Counted from the stretch's first letter, positions 13,294 through 26,829 are shown. The stretch is 64,000 nucleotides of DNA from Phoronis australis (GCA_002633005.1 NMRA01000063.1:186001-250000); one strand, 5' to 3'. The notes: generated from the sequence alone by a model not told the origin. Made by a program: numbers and translations.

Positions 13294-13712
13294 ACTCTAT
13301 GGTCGTCATATACTGCCGCCTTTTGAAAGAACAGAAAACCACACAAAAAAGGCCAAGAAAATAGTGGAAAGTGGTTTACAGCAATTCTACTTCAACCACA
13401 AACTGTTTCATTAGTATGATATCGATTTTTAAATCGATTAAAATTGATTTAGAATTTCAGTTGAAGTCTGAAATCGGATAATTTACCGACGTGGGTTTTA
13501 CACGGAGGCAGATATGGAGCACCGTGACCTACTTTTTGATTGTCCTCCCTACTTCTATGGTCGTCATATGCTGCCGCCTCTTGAAAGAACAGAAAACCAC
13601 GCAGAAAAAGGCCAAGAAAATAATGGAAAGTGGTTCACAGCACTTCTTCTTCAACCACAAACCGTTATGATATCGATTTTGAAATCGATTAAAATTGATT
13701 TAGAATTTCAGT
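13294..13712. repeat. Local direct duplication of about 165 bp
   Basis: 13296-13462 matches 13554-13712 (CTATGGTCGTCATAT...GATTTAGAATTTCAGTT). Confidence 0.85.
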
Positions 13713-16309
13713 TCTGGAAAACAAATCGCAATTGCTTTATTCCAGATAGACCTTACTTACTTTCTGTGACCTCTTTATTTGACTTTTTGCACTTGTTCTT
13801 AATACCACTTATCTCTGCTGTGTTTTTTTGACTTTTCAGTTTTTATTCATTCTCTGTTAACACCTTGTTAGCCAAAACAGAACTGTAACCCTTTGAGACT
13901 TTGTCGACGCCAGTTGATCATTGAACCTCGATACAATTGTTCTAATAAATTACCCATAATCGTATTGTTTGATTCTTTCTCATCTTTAAGAGGCTTCTGC
14001 AATCATAAATAAATACCCAAGTTGCATTTGAATTTTATTGCTCAATCTCTTCTTTTATTTTTGATTATGTCATGCTGCATTGTATGTAACAATGCAATAT
14101 AGTGAAATAAAGTCAATGTTTTACTTTATTGGTAGCCATTCTCTATCAATTCAAGTATTTTAATTTTCTTCAAATAAATTCAAAATGCTTTAACCAAAAA
14201 TTTCAACATCAATGTTGAGCTCAGTACTTTGTTTTGCAATAAAAAAACAAGTGGACAAAATTTTGATGACGAAAGCGTGTGCGGAAACTGTTAAGCACCC
14301 AGCGTGTTCCATTTGTCTGCTGCGTTTTTCCTTTGGTCAAACAGGTATCGGTCAGTGCCTGGGACAAATAGATTCATTGCATAAACAATTCTTGAGTTGC
14401 TTTTTGTTCCGTCTGAAGAAAAGTTAATTTCGAAAATATCTTCTGAAAATGAACAAAAAAGTGCATTAAGAAAATCTACAAGTATTTAAGTGGTCTCAAA
14501 AAAACCAGTCGGTAAATGCATTAATTTTAGTCTCAGATCTTCCATGTGTGTTTCACCCGAGAGGTTAGTTCCTAACGTGCAGACGAGCGCTCCAAATTGG
14601 AATGCTAAGTCCCGCGTGGCTGCGCTGCACGCGAAAGAAGATGGCGGACGACCTTTGTAGCCTGACGACGATAGGTATCCGGACTATATCTTTTGATTCC
14701 TCGCAACGTTTTCTTTCCAAAATTATATGAAGGTATCCCCTACCGCGTTTCCTTTCGTATTTTACCGTCGAATTTCGGTTCGCACTATTTCCTGGTTGAC
14801 ACCGCCATGTTGGTGCAACTCAAGATTACAGCGACACCTGTTGTTAATGAATGAAACAGCATCGATTCGAATGGTGTTTGCCCATGCGAGATTCCCGCTA
14901 AAGTTTTCCTGACATAATATGGAGGAAAAAGTAGCAGCATCTCACCTTTTCCAGTTTTTTATAATAGTGACAATTTGACCATTTTTTCACGAAATTGTCT
15001 GAAATGATACCATTTTCACTAATATGGACCTCAAAAACAACTCCCGCTTTTTTCGCGCATTCGTGCTAGTAAATGCGTACCAGGGTCAAATTCGAAACCT
15101 TGGGGCCGCAACTCGGGCGGGGATAGACGGGTCTCGGTCAATTAGTTTAGTTTAGTTTTTGACCGCCAGGTGACTCCTTCCATTCAACATGGCGGTATCA
15201 CTACCGCGTACCTGGAATAGTGCGAGCAGAAATTTAACGATAAAATATTAAGGGAACGGGGTTGGAAAAATTTGTGTGCATTTTTGGAAAGATAACGTTG
15301 CAAGGAATCGAACGATACCAAAATCATGTATAAGTCAATGTCGTCATATTGTAAACAATTACCCATAGTGGTACTCCGCGTTTACTATATATTTAAGGCG
15401 GTTATTAGGGCTTACCACAGGCACTCAAATTTCCCGATCACTCATAACCATATATATAACTAAGAAACATGAAGGTTGGACACTAAAACTTTGACGAGCC
15501 GAGGCTCCCAACTTCAACTGTCCCAAATCCAAATAAAATCTCCGTGTATCTTTCTCAGACTGGTATTGCATAAACCTCAGAAGCCTTATTTTTCCTTGAT
15601 TTCATTAAATTATCCTTCGGAGTGTTGAATTGGCGACGTAATTTTGGAAACAAACTCAAAACTCTGAATTCAAGGACCTAAAATAGTTAACATGGCGGAT
15701 TTCAGTTGTGCTTTAACTTGTACGCCTGTCGAAGATAAAATTTCTAGTTTGAGCAAGTAACCCCTATGTTAAAGTTAAGAAATTTATTCCCAATTTCTAT
15801 GATTGAGATTATTAAAATTAACCTTCCACTTGAGTGTAATTTGTTTCTTCTGATAGCTCATTTTAACACCTAACCTAGAATTTAATTGCAAGAACCAGCA
15901 TATTTCTTGATTGATCTTGACATTATGTGCTACTCTTTGTTGAAGCACAATGAACACTCGGTTTTTTGGCGGACATTTCCGATGTCTGACCACATGTTAA
16001 GCCGTGGTAAATCACCATCGGTAAATGCCGCATTTCATAGTAGGCCAGCGTTAGAAGCCAGCAACCCGTGGTACCACGGTTATAAATAATGTTGTTTAGC
16101 ATAATCAGAGTTTAATTACATTCAAACTGATACTAAGTTATGTGGAGGACACTCAAATAACATTCGTGGGTGCGTGAAAACAGCTCCGGAATTGCGCCGG
16201 GAGCGTCCGCCAAGAAACCGAGTGCTCAAAGATTGTCTGCCATGGACCCTATTCACACCGACAGGAGGCGCGTTCCAAAATGAGGCTCGCTACGATAGCT
16301 CTGGTGTGG

Positions 16310-16460
16310 CTTATCCGCGTAGTTGTACTCCACGTTGCTCGAACAGCTACAAAAAATACGGACATTCAACTGTCTGTTTTACAATCCCTAAGGACATTGG
16401 GATTCAGAAGCGTTGGGTCCTTGCCATACGCCGTGACGAAGGAAAATATGTCCGTGTAAA
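16310..16460 (+). pseudogene. THAP domain fragment (transposon relic)
   Basis: SCTPRCSNS...FTIPKD...KRWVLAIRRDEGKY matches the first half of a THAP domain, with no continuation. Confidence 0.6.
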
Positions 16461-16934
16461 ATTTATAACTGTTTTCAAATCATAATTTGTCGCATCTTGT
16501 ATGCCGCCATAGCAACGAGGACCGGAGAATCTTCGGCCAGCCAGGCTGTGATTTCATGACTATGGGTTCAAGCGTGATGCATTTTTTTTACAAAAAGGAC
16601 AGGGCCCTCAACCCTCAATTTTGGGGCCAAATATCGGCCCTATTCCCCTCTCAAAAATATTGAAAAATCACGCGAAATTGCCGGTTCCACGAGGCCTAAA
16701 AATTCCCGGCCCTTAGTGATTGAAAATTTCTCTCCAACGGTTCAAATCACCTGTGACCACAGAGGTGACAATTTGACTGTCGCAAGCAAAATAAACCAGC
16801 AAGATGCCGAAGCGAGAGAACTGCCTGACTATACTGAGTTCGAGCTAGGACCGGTAGCGAATGAGGGGGGAAAACACGTTCCGTTTTTTTTTGTTTTTTT
16901 TTTAGTCCAACGACAGATTTCCTTAGCTTACGCG

Positions 16935-17150
16935 TGGGCTCCTCAATTGATCACTCGTAGACTCTTCAGTTGATCACGTGTAGACTGCTCAATTGCGTAG
17001 ACTCCTCAATTTATTGTGCGTAGACTCGTCAATTGATCACGTGTAGACTCCTTGATTGATCGTGTGTAGACTCCTCGATTGCGCACATGCACACTCCTCA
17101 TTTGCTCAGCCGTAAACTCCTCAATTGCTCGGCCGTAGATTCCTCAATTT
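16935..17150. repeat. Degenerate 20-24-bp tandem repeat
   Basis: Unit TAGACTCCTCAATTGATCACGTG. Confidence 0.8.
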
Positions 17151-18681
17151 CGTATTTGAGCACATGCATGTGATTTGCTTCGCATGGCTGAGCTCGTGCT
17201 TGGACAGCCTTACATATAAAAATGGTGTGTAAACGGCTCTAGGGTTTTAATTTTCTCAAAAAAAATTGATAAAATTGTTTCACGTAGAGTAAAGTAAAGT
17301 TACAAAAAATGTGTTCAATGGGTCACAGGAGGTTTGTTCAACTTTGTTGTATTGAGGTTCGATTGTACATAACTTAGAGATTTCATTTTTACATTCTATT
17401 TCAGAACTCCATCCTATGCTATGTGTGCTGTCTACACAAGCAACATCCAGCAGTCTACAGTAACGGTAATTGTAACAACTTTTCTCATTAGTATTGAATG
17501 CACTAGAGCTTGATGATTGGTTTTTGCATGTTTGTTTTTACTGTTATTGGATAGTTGCTGGCTTTCAGTCTACGCCACTTATTGAGTTAAATTTGTGAAA
17601 TTTTATCATCAAAACACAGATATTCCTCAGTGTTCTCCATATCTGAAAATCTGAACAGGTCGCACGCGTATAAACTGCAATGTGCTGGAACCGCACGGCG
17701 GTCAACATTCTCCATACGCTAGTGTGCAGTTTTTTGTGCACCTTATTTTTACCCACGCATTTTAATAGTTATGCACAGTAGTGCAAACAAATAACTATGT
17801 TTATTCAACTTTTTATTTTTAGAAGTTGGACTTATTTACAAACATATCACATATGTCATAACCAATGTGTTTAGTCAATGACTTTGAAACGGAAGTCTAC
17901 AGACATGTTTGAAACAGTATGGGGAAATGTTTTAGGCTACTCAATAATTGTGATGTCAATGTCAACTAAGTACAAAAAGTCTAACACAGAAGTAAACTTT
18001 TCCCATGAAGTAGACAGTCCAAGTGAAGTGTCTTTGTAAAGTCAGTCACATTTTTATGTCTTGATAGCAGAGTTTACGTTTTCCCTCAGTCTGTAAGTGT
18101 ACTGTCTTGCACAGCATTCTTATAGTCTAAATTCGATGTTTTGAAGCTGCACTACCAGAAATCTTCTAAAAATTGCACAATATGCGAGTCCTCCCTACTG
18201 AATGCAAATTGGGTAAACAAAACATTTCACGTGCGTTTTCCATTTACTTGGACGGGAGTGTTGGGCCTGTTGATGACAACCAATATTTCTAAAAAGATAT
18301 CAACTGAATTATCAAACGCTTGCAACTTTGGAATTCCCATAATTTTCAGGATTGTCACTAACTCATTCTTCCAGATGAAAACCATCTATTCTCAAGTTAT
18401 TACTAGAGCAAATTGTATTCATTTGTATTGCCGATGTCTGACGGACGTTGTCGGCAAAAATTCGGTTCACCGTTCGTGACACGGATATTTGCGATTTGTT
18501 GACCGAACCCGGCAGTATCACCACAGTCCGGCCCTGGATTATCTGTCGTATTTGCATCTGAGTCAACGTCAGTATCTGAAACAACTCTTGGTTTTTAAAA
18601 TAATCCTTATCGCCTTCCCGCAGCATACGACATTTCTAAGCATGTAGAATGCGCATGTCAATCGGTAACGGAAGCCTGCCT

Positions 18682-18830
18682 CCCGTTCAGTAACGCTAGG
18701 ACCTCGCTAAAAAGCAAGACTTCATGAGATTACGTGGTATATTGCTGTGTATTTTAAATGAGATCACGTGACTTTGGCTAGATTTTAGCTAGGACCTAAC
18801 ATAGGTCCTAGCATTACTGAACGCACGCCA
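18682..18830. mobile_element. Small MITE (Harbinger-like)
   Basis: Inverted CGTTCAGTAACGCTAGGACC / GGTCCTAGCATTACTGAACG. Related pieces occur at 18850-18935 and 29495-29610. Confidence 0.5.
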
Positions 18831-19541
18831 GGATAGAATTCACTAATGTAAGGACCATGCTAGGTAAACAAGACTGCGAAATTACGCGAGATATTACCGC
18901 TTGATTTCAATGAGAGCACGTGATTTTGGCTACACTTTCTCAGCGCGAGACACATATTTTGAACTTTACTCAGTGACGTCACTCGCTGTCCCAAATCTCA
19001 GAATACTTCCCTGAAACCGCAAACGTCATGCACGGCCACTACTGAAGTTGAGTTTGCGAACGGCTTGACAGATTTTTAGAGGGAGTATGCGCCACAGATA
19101 TAATGTTCATGCTGCCAACGAAACTCATTATAAGGCAAGTAGATGAACTCGGCCAATCTCAATGGGCTGGTGGCACCAAAAGTGACCAATAATATTCATC
19201 TAAGTGAGAAATACACATACAACAACCAATGAGAGCCATCAAAAGCAGTTTCATGGAAATGTTTGTTGAGACTGGTATCGGTAAAGTCTGTGTTCTGGAG
19301 CCCACGGAATATTGAAAAATGTGCTACGAAAACCAAAATTCTGGCCTCCCAGAAGACGGCCGTTGTATAAATTGCTGCGCTACAGTGTCTTTGCTGACAA
19401 CATATACTTCACAGAACTAACCACCGAGTCATTGGGTAATATTATCAGTTATCCGCCGAACACAAAAAGGTTACTACAAAAGCGAATAGGCCTAACATAG
19501 CCTAACAGTCAGCGACTTTCTTACAAGTAGTGGATTAGGCC

Positions 19542-20720
19542 CTGTGTTCTCCACCACCAGTTTTGACTCCATGCGGAAATGAGTTAGTTGAATGTGCCTC
19601 GAGTTTGAAAAGTGCAGCTCCAAGTTAAAACTTTGGCTGGCTCATCACTTTCGCACTCAGAATCAAAAAATGAGGGTGAGTGAGCCAACATCATCCATAG
19701 TTCCTAATACATATATGACCTAATTTTTGTAATAGACTGTAAATTATTGCTAAAAAATCTGAAGAAATTATTTTTTAAACATAATTTTAAGGTGTCAGCT
19801 ACTTTACCATAATAATTGACTGCCAGCAATATTATTATAATTATTAGCCAGCAGTACCATTTTAACTTTGAAATTTTGCAATTAAACCTGTAAATTAACA
19901 ATTTGATATGCTTAATTTAAAGGATTTTGATTTTGACTGACATCTAGTGGCGAATTAGAACTTATTCAACTGGACAACAGGTGTCACTAAAAACTAGGTC
20001 ACATCGTTAGAAGTATTTAATAAGTACAATTGATACTAGATTTGACATTTTTATTATTAAAGGAACTTATAACCTTTAGTTTGATTTTCTGAGTCTGTCA
20101 TAAGTGCTTTGGAGGACTTATGGTGAAAAATTGGTAGGAAAGTCAAAAAGTAGGTCACACCAGTTCAGTGTCTCATCTCATCTAGGCGTTGTCTGTCCAC
20201 TGCAGGATGTAGCCCTCCGACAATGCCTTCCAACTTGTTCTGTCTCTTGCTGCTCTCGTCCATGTTGTGCCTATCATTTTCACGATGTCATCTCTCCATC
20301 TGGCTTGGGGCCGTCCTCTTGATCTCTTTCCATATCTGGGTTGCCACTCTGTACATCTTTTTGTCCATCTGTTTGTCCTGTGCTCTGGCCACGTGTCCGC
20401 CCCACCTCCATTTCAATTTCAGAATTGTCTTGATTATGTCCACGACTCTTGTTTTTTCTCTTATCTCTGTGTGGAATCCTGTCTAGTAATTTTATTCCAA
20501 GCATTTTTCTCTCCATTGCTCTCTAGTGTTGTTCTTAGCTTGGCAATTGTGTGTTTTGTTAAGGTCCATGTTTGGCATCCATAGGTGATTGTGGGGATGA
20601 TGGTAAAATCTGGTAAAATACCAGTTCGATGTACACTTTTAAAACGTATATAAGTACACAGTGACCATGTTTTTAGGTAAAGAACAGTGGAGTTTGGAAT
20701 TTTTGTTGTGGAGAACACTG
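19542..20720 (+). mobile_element. Non-autonomous TIR element (CAGTGTTCTCCAC ends), copy 1, interrupted by an RTE fragment
   Basis: CTGTGTTCTCCAC...GTGGAGAACACTG. The interior is homologous, in inverted orientation, to 22515-23310. Confidence 0.65.
20175..20605 (-). mobile_element. RTE-clade LINE 3' fragment, frameshifted
   Basis: TITYGCQTWTLTK, MERKMLGIKLLDRIP and LKLKWRWGGHVAR motifs lie in different frames on the minus strand. Confidence 0.85.
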
Positions 20721-20999
20721 TGGCCTATAGGTAGCATTAGGCCTTTGTTTAAATTCAATTTACTGTGACTGGTTCAAGATGAATTGAAAAGATATTTGAG
20801 AGATTATTTACATGCCCACTGCTTTACACCATAAATAGATTAGCAGCCCAGTCTGCCGCTTGAGTGAGACTGGTGACTTGGCTGTCCACAACTGACCCCA
20901 CTTACTTAGCCTTTATTCAGTTTCTATGGGCTATGGCCATTTGCTGTCAAGTGTAATTTGAACCAGTGTAGGCCTTATGTATGCATGTATGTTTTTACT

Positions 21000-21620
21000 A
21001 GGAAGTGGACAGCTGACGATGATTTTCTGAGGAGTTTGAGTAATGTGGTGCCTCCTAGTGGCAGTTTTTTTTTTGCGCTCATGTCTGTATCTCCTAAACC
21101 GTTTGCAGGATCTTTATTTAATTTAGCAAGTGTATTTATATGATGTTAGCAACGGACGGCGACGACTTTCATTAGGATTTGACTTCTGGCGTGCCCCCTA
21201 GTGGCAATTTTAGTATTTCATATTTACCAGTCTTTATCTTCAAAGGTCCTCAATAGATTTTCATAAAATTTTGAATATAGGCATCTATTGGTGAGATGAC
21301 GTTTTCATCCTGTTTTTTAGATGGAATCAAGGTATTTTGCGCCACCTAGTGGCCATTTTTGCTGTTTTTAAATCTTGTTTTTGGCGTCCACCCCTCGATC
21401 AATCAAATCATTCTAGGGATTATTTTGAAAATTTGTGTATATGTTTTCAGTGTTAAGAGGACGTTTGATGATGGTGACTGGCTGCTGTGGCGCCTCCTAG
21501 TGGTAGTTTTATTGGTTTTTCGCCCGTAGCTGTATATCCAAAACCCACTGCACTATCTTTATTAAATTTAGTAAGTGAATTTATATGAAGATAACAGACG
21601 ACGACTTTCAGGCGGATCGA
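21000..21620 (+). repeat. Diverged array of about 147-bp HINE-type core repeats; related sequence at 13020-13200 and 48400-49320
   Basis: Recurrent GCGCC(A/C/T)CCTAGTGGC...TATCT...ATGAAATTT units. Confidence 0.65.
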
Positions 21621-22514
21621 ATGGACACTAGTAAAACACAACGTGAAGCATCGTGCTCAGGAACCAAGTCAATTCAGTGTCCTATTTGTGCGTCACAGCA
21701 CGATGACACTCCTTTTTGTGGTGAATGTGGCATGTCAGTCAAAACAGTATGCCTCCTTCTACAGGCATAGCAAGCAGAAACGTCATGAATGAAATCATTA
21801 AGTCTAGTGCTGAAGATTGTTAAGTCACTATAGTTAATTCAGATTTACAGAGTTTATGGTTGGTAGTAGTCTGATGTGATAGTATTGTGACGTTTTGTTT
21901 TGAACCATTTTTCCTCAAGTTTCTTTCTATATTTGTGTTATTTCAAAAGGCTGTTTAACAGAACCAGTACATTTTTGTAGTGTTTAAGTAGATTTAAATT
22001 AAGTGTCATTGGGCAATACATACATACAGTTGTTCTCGCCAGTTAGTATTTTAAAAGAAAATATATGGCTATGATTATTGTAGAAATTGCTTTCATGTTG
22101 TTGTTGATTTCCTGTGAGAGACTATTATACTATCAATCAGTCCTAAATACATTGCCTATGATTCAGTGATGATTTAGTCGCAATACATTCCAAAAGTAAT
22201 TCGTTGGAAATGTTCATTGCATTTGTAATGTTGATTTCTCTAAAGCAATATTTTATATATTTTTGTAAGACCAATTTTGAGGTGTGTTTGATAAAAGATA
22301 AATATTATTATAGAAATGCTATAATATTGTTGTTGACTTCCTGCATGTAAATCACTACAGTCTGTAGTTGAAGTGACATTAATGACAACATGTTGACTAC
22401 GTTTTGAAAAAATCACAATATAGTACATGTATTATAATTGTCTCTCAATGTCACATTAAACTGGGGATCATGAACTGAAGATGCAGGTTAAACTTAGGAC
22501 CAAGACTTCATCAA

Positions 22515-23310
22515 CAGTGTTCTCCACATTGTAAATTCCAAACTCATGCAAATATTTAGTAGCAGTTGTTGACATTGTGTCCTTTCTAATCATAACCATG
22601 GGTGTGCTGGAGGTATTTATATATGGTTTAAATCTGCACACTGCACTGGTGTGACCTACTTTTTAGACACTTCAAAGTTTAGCTTTCCTACCAATATATC
22701 TCATAATTCCTCCAAAGCATTTGACAGACCCAGAGCATCAAACAAAAGATTAAAAGTTCTTTTAATAATATCAATGCCGATTTTAATATCAATTAGACAT
22801 ATTAAGTACTACTAACATGAGTTCTGATGTGACCTAGTTTTTAGTCACACCTGTTGTCAAGTTGAATAAGCTCATAAAAGCTCTAACTTGCCACTAGATG
22901 TCAGTCAAAATCAAAATTGTCTTTATTAAGCCAATTAAATTGTTTCTTTACAGATTGACTTGCAAAATTTTAAAGTTAGAATGACACAGTAAATTAGACA
23001 GTTGATTAAGCAAGGTAGATGACTCCATGAAATTTTTGTTATTTGAAGATTTTATTAATGATAATTTAAACTCTTTTTGTAGTGTCATACAAAGTTATAC
23101 ATTTAGTGTTGACTGCCTCTAACATTCTGCAATGGGCTTGATGTTGGTTAATCAGGCCCTGCTTTAGTGTCAAGGGCTGAAATGCCAAGCCAGGCCAAAA
23201 GTTCAAACCTGACGCAGCACTTTTCAAACTGACGCGCATTTTCCAAACTCGACGTGGCAAAATCCAAACTCGTTACAGCGTCGAGTTAAAACAGGTCGTG
23301 GAGAACACTG
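22515..23310 (-). mobile_element. Non-autonomous TIR element (CAGTGTTCTCCAC ends), copy 2
   Basis: Perfect 13-bp TIRs flanked by a 7-bp direct repeat TCATCAA. Confidence 0.75.
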
Positions 23311-25084
23311 TCATCAAGCCAAAAGTCAATCTGTTTATCTCTGTGTCGATGTCATCGGTAAAACATCAAGTAAAATCCCACCCGTTTTATCAGCACACCA
23401 GTTTACACAATTTCTGGCCAATTGTTAGATCTTTGAATCATCTCGTGAAATGTTGCCGCACCCCCCTTTCTCCCCATGGGCAAGCTCATCATTCTTTGAC
23501 TTCACTGGCTACTTGTTTTTTTTTCCTGTAGCTGTCACAATTTTACAACAACTTTCTACACTCATCTGCTCCAACAATTTGTTTACCCCTGGCTGACAGG
23601 TCTCATAGAACAACTCCTGGGTGAGTCTTCAGTTTAGAACCCATTGTTCTCAGTGGTTTTGTCTAAAAGTAGATGTCTGTATTTCAAAACCCTGGTAGGG
23701 TGTACCTACACGTCGTGGGTAACATGTTCGTTGAAGCTCGCCTCGCAATACAGTGAAGTTGTTTCCTGAAATGAAAATAAATTTGTTTGTGAAACTAAAG
23801 TTATGCTTGTTGTACATGTAGTGCTCATGGTAAATTAATGGAAATATGCTATGCTGTTGTTCAGTTTTGATACGAAAGTAACACAGTAATTGTTCAGTTT
23901 TGATACGAAAGTAACACAGTAATGACACAAAATGTGATTAATTCATTGCACCAATACTTATTTTGTAACCTTTTTTCAAGTTTTATAAGTAAGAAGTTCA
24001 TTACTGTTTGACACACCAGGATGCGTTCCCGATCGCATAAACAAACACAAATTTGGGTTCCTGATTGCTTATCATTGCATTCTCAATCGCATCTTTCAAC
24101 AGAAAAGCGTCAAAAAATCAGAGATTCTGACAAAACTACAAAAAAACAAGTGTTGCGTTATATTTTCACACGTCATTTCTTCACAATTCCAAGGTCAATT
24201 TATTGATATAGTGCCAAAAATAACGACAATTTGCCAAAATGACATACAAATCACCTTCTGCTCATGCGATGCCTCGGTCAACATACATTTTCTCCAAAAA
24301 TTGGAAGATACACTAGCCTAAACCTCTACCTGACCTTCCTCAATGTGTTACGCCTTGAACTTGTGTCTCTGTTTTCACATTGGAAGTAAAAACAACGAAA
24401 ATTCATCAAATTTACTCGACTTGCCTGGTTTCACTTCTTGCACCAAATTTCGTTCTCGATTGCCTTGCAGACGTTCTTGATCACGGGTTGGCCAGGGTGA
24501 ATGTGGCCATGTGATATTGTTTTCTGTATTCACCTCCCGCACAACTTCAATCAGTGCCCTCTGATATGGAAGGTTCAGAAAGTAGGTCAATGTCGACTCA
24601 ACGTCATTAGCTGGTTGATCATCAAACTTTCCAAAAATAGTTTAAAGTATTACAGTTGCAGCAGTATAAATAACACTCTGAGTCTCAACATGCAATCAGG
24701 TCCCAAACGTAACAGCTGGTACAAAACTGTTAATTATATGACACTTCTGTCTTGGTTTTCAATTGCTAAATATTATATCGTTTGCATTTCGGTTGCCGAT
24801 TCTGTGGTAGGCTTAACTGCAATATCAAATGTTGTTATTTAGCTATTTTCAGGAAATGTTACCATTTCAATGCACACTTACCATTGTTTTCATCTTTGTT
24901 ATCTCCTTTCAAGTAATAAATCATTTCATTTAAAACTGTTTTACTGTAGAAAACTTTTTATCTAATGCGCAAGTATGTACATAGTGTAGGTAGGATGTGA
25001 TCCACCACGTGAACAATCTGGGTGAAGTATTTAAAAATCTGCCAAAAAAATGAAAGAAACATAGGAATTCAAAGTGTTTGGGAA

Positions 25085-25240
25085 AAATACAAAACGTATC
25101 TCGATTGGCATAGATGAACTAATTTCCCACTTGACGTTATTCCGCATATGGATCTCAACGTTCGGTCTCGGTCGATACGCGGAATAATGTCTCGTTGGAT
25201 ATAACTTCATCTGCGCTGCTCTTGGTACATTTCATGTATT
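25085..25240. repeat. Imperfect palindromic repeat of about 155 bp (MITE-like)
   Basis: AGATGAA..GACGTTATTCCGC mirrored by GCGGAATAATGTC..TTCATCT. Confidence 0.5.
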
Positions 25241-25315
25241 ATGTATAAAAGCCATTTGGCCCATTAAACCCCGTTGTGCAGTACTCTAGAAAAATTCCAG
25301 ATTTGGTCAAGTTGG

Positions 25316-25429
25316 AAACATCGTATCTCAGAAACATCCTATCTCGGAAACATCGTATCTCAGAAACATCGTATCTCAGAAACATCGTATCTCAGAAACA
25401 TCGTATCTTAGAAACATCGTATCTCAGAA
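25316..25429. repeat. 16-bp minisatellite, about 7 copies
   Basis: Unit AAACATCGTATCTCAG. Confidence 0.92.
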
Positions 25430-26010
25430 ATTGCTGATCAATTACTAACTATGCTTTATGCACTTTTCTCAAAATTGCAGTTTGGAATTGTTTTCGATTC
25501 GTTCCACTTTTGTATGGGATCAATCAAAAAATGGTGTTTTTATTAATTTTATAAAAATCAAATGTTGCTTAAAACGAATATGAAATCATAATTTGGAAAA
25601 CTGTTCAATGTCTTATCGATTTCATCTTGAAACCGGGACAATAGTCCAATATTGAGAACCAGTTTGATGCCTGTTTTTAAGTGAAAAAAAATGGTTCTCG
25701 AAATGTGGGCACGCCATATCTAATTGTTAAGAAAACATTCATACCAAATGGAATTTAATTATTATTTCATGTCATGCCTTTCAGTTAAGAGAGAAGTGCA
25801 TTTACCATTTCCCTCATGGGACAAAGTACCCCAATCATATGGCAGCAAGAAACCTGTGCCCAACTGATTCCTAAAGGAGATGCCTCTGCTCTCTTTAAAG
25901 AAAATATGATCTTTTGCTTTAAGTTGTGTCAAAGATTGCAAAAGATGTCCAAATAATTATGTAGCAGTCTGTAACCATTATGTCACTTACAGTCTGGGTT
26001 GCCGAGCCTC

Positions 26011-26101
26011 ATGGGAGATGGAAGTGATCAGTTTGTGATTCGTGTTCGAGGTTTGCCTTACTCTGCTTCAGCTGATGAAGTCATCAACTTTCTGGGTCCA
26101 G
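26011..26101 (+). CDS. HNRNPH/F-like: hnRNP F/H-family gene, coding exon 1 (MGDGSDQFVIRVRGLPYSASADEVINFLGP; start of qRRM1)
   Basis: RVRGLP qRRM motif. Acceptor ttacAG at 25991-25992 implies an upstream exon not located. Donor CAG|GTATGT, phase 1. Confidence 0.92.
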
Positions 26102-26262
26102 GTATGTTCATTCTTAAATGTTGGTCAAGTAGACTAGGTCCATGTATGTTCATTTATGAACTGTTGGTCAAGTAAACTAGGCTCAGGTATGTTCATTTGT
26201 GAACTGTTGGTCAGTAGACTAGGTCCATGTATGTTTATTTGTGAGTTGCTGGTCAAGTAGAC
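26095..26262. repeat. About 42-bp tandem repeat, 4 copies, overlapping the exon 1 donor
   Basis: Unit GGTCCA(G/T)GTATGTTCATTTGTGAACTGTTGGTCAAGTAGACTA. Confidence 0.85.
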
Positions 26263-26829
26263 GAATTTTCTCTCCATTTGTATGAAGACCTTGACACAAC
26301 TTTATATTTGGTAAAACGGTCTTTGTTCAATTGTCTTTTGTTGCTAATTCGAGATTTGTTATGAGCAGCCTGTCCCATCATAGACACAGGCAACACATAG
26401 TAAACATCAGTGTGTAAATTATGTACTGACCTATTTTTGAGGATCAGAATTAATACATAGATGTTAAGTTCATGAGTTTTACTGTTGCTGATGTCATCGA
26501 ACAGACAGTTGCTTTGATTAAATACCCATGGTAAGTTTTTGTTGCATCAACAAAATGAAGTAACGATTGTTTGTTATCTCCTTGATAGCAAGTAGCAGGA
26601 CATATTAATAAAAACAACTACGACTTGACATGTTTTGGTGTCATTTATTGAAATACCATCATCAGAAGAAGAGAGAATATAGTGGCCACCTAGCTAGGCC
26701 CTAAACTCGAGGCATCCTAACTTAAAATTCAGTATAGAATTGAAGTCGACAACATTTTGCCATTTCTGGACGTGTTAGTACCGCAGTGATAACATCAGTA
26801 TTTCATAAGAAGACCTACACAGGACTGTA

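Noticed and set aside
13755-14000. Minus-strand exon-like segment ending in a GTAAGT donor
   Set aside because: It has internal stops or a frameshift and no recognisable domain.
14630-15700. Cluster of YY1-like (A/C)A(G/C)ATGGCGG motifs as the hnRNP F/H promoter; ATGGCG|GTATCA at 15189-15200 would splice in frame to 25993
   Set aside because: The same motif is common inside repeats in this window, the adjacent 15315-15380 is an inverted copy of 12490-12555, and the donor is weak. The true first exon was not located.
23390-24600. Minus-strand coding-like patches with splice-like signals
   Set aside because: No continuous frame or recognisable family. This may be a decayed transposon gene but cannot be supported.
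26624-26668. Second active hammerhead on the minus strand
   Set aside because: The catalytic GAAA is mutated to AAAA.
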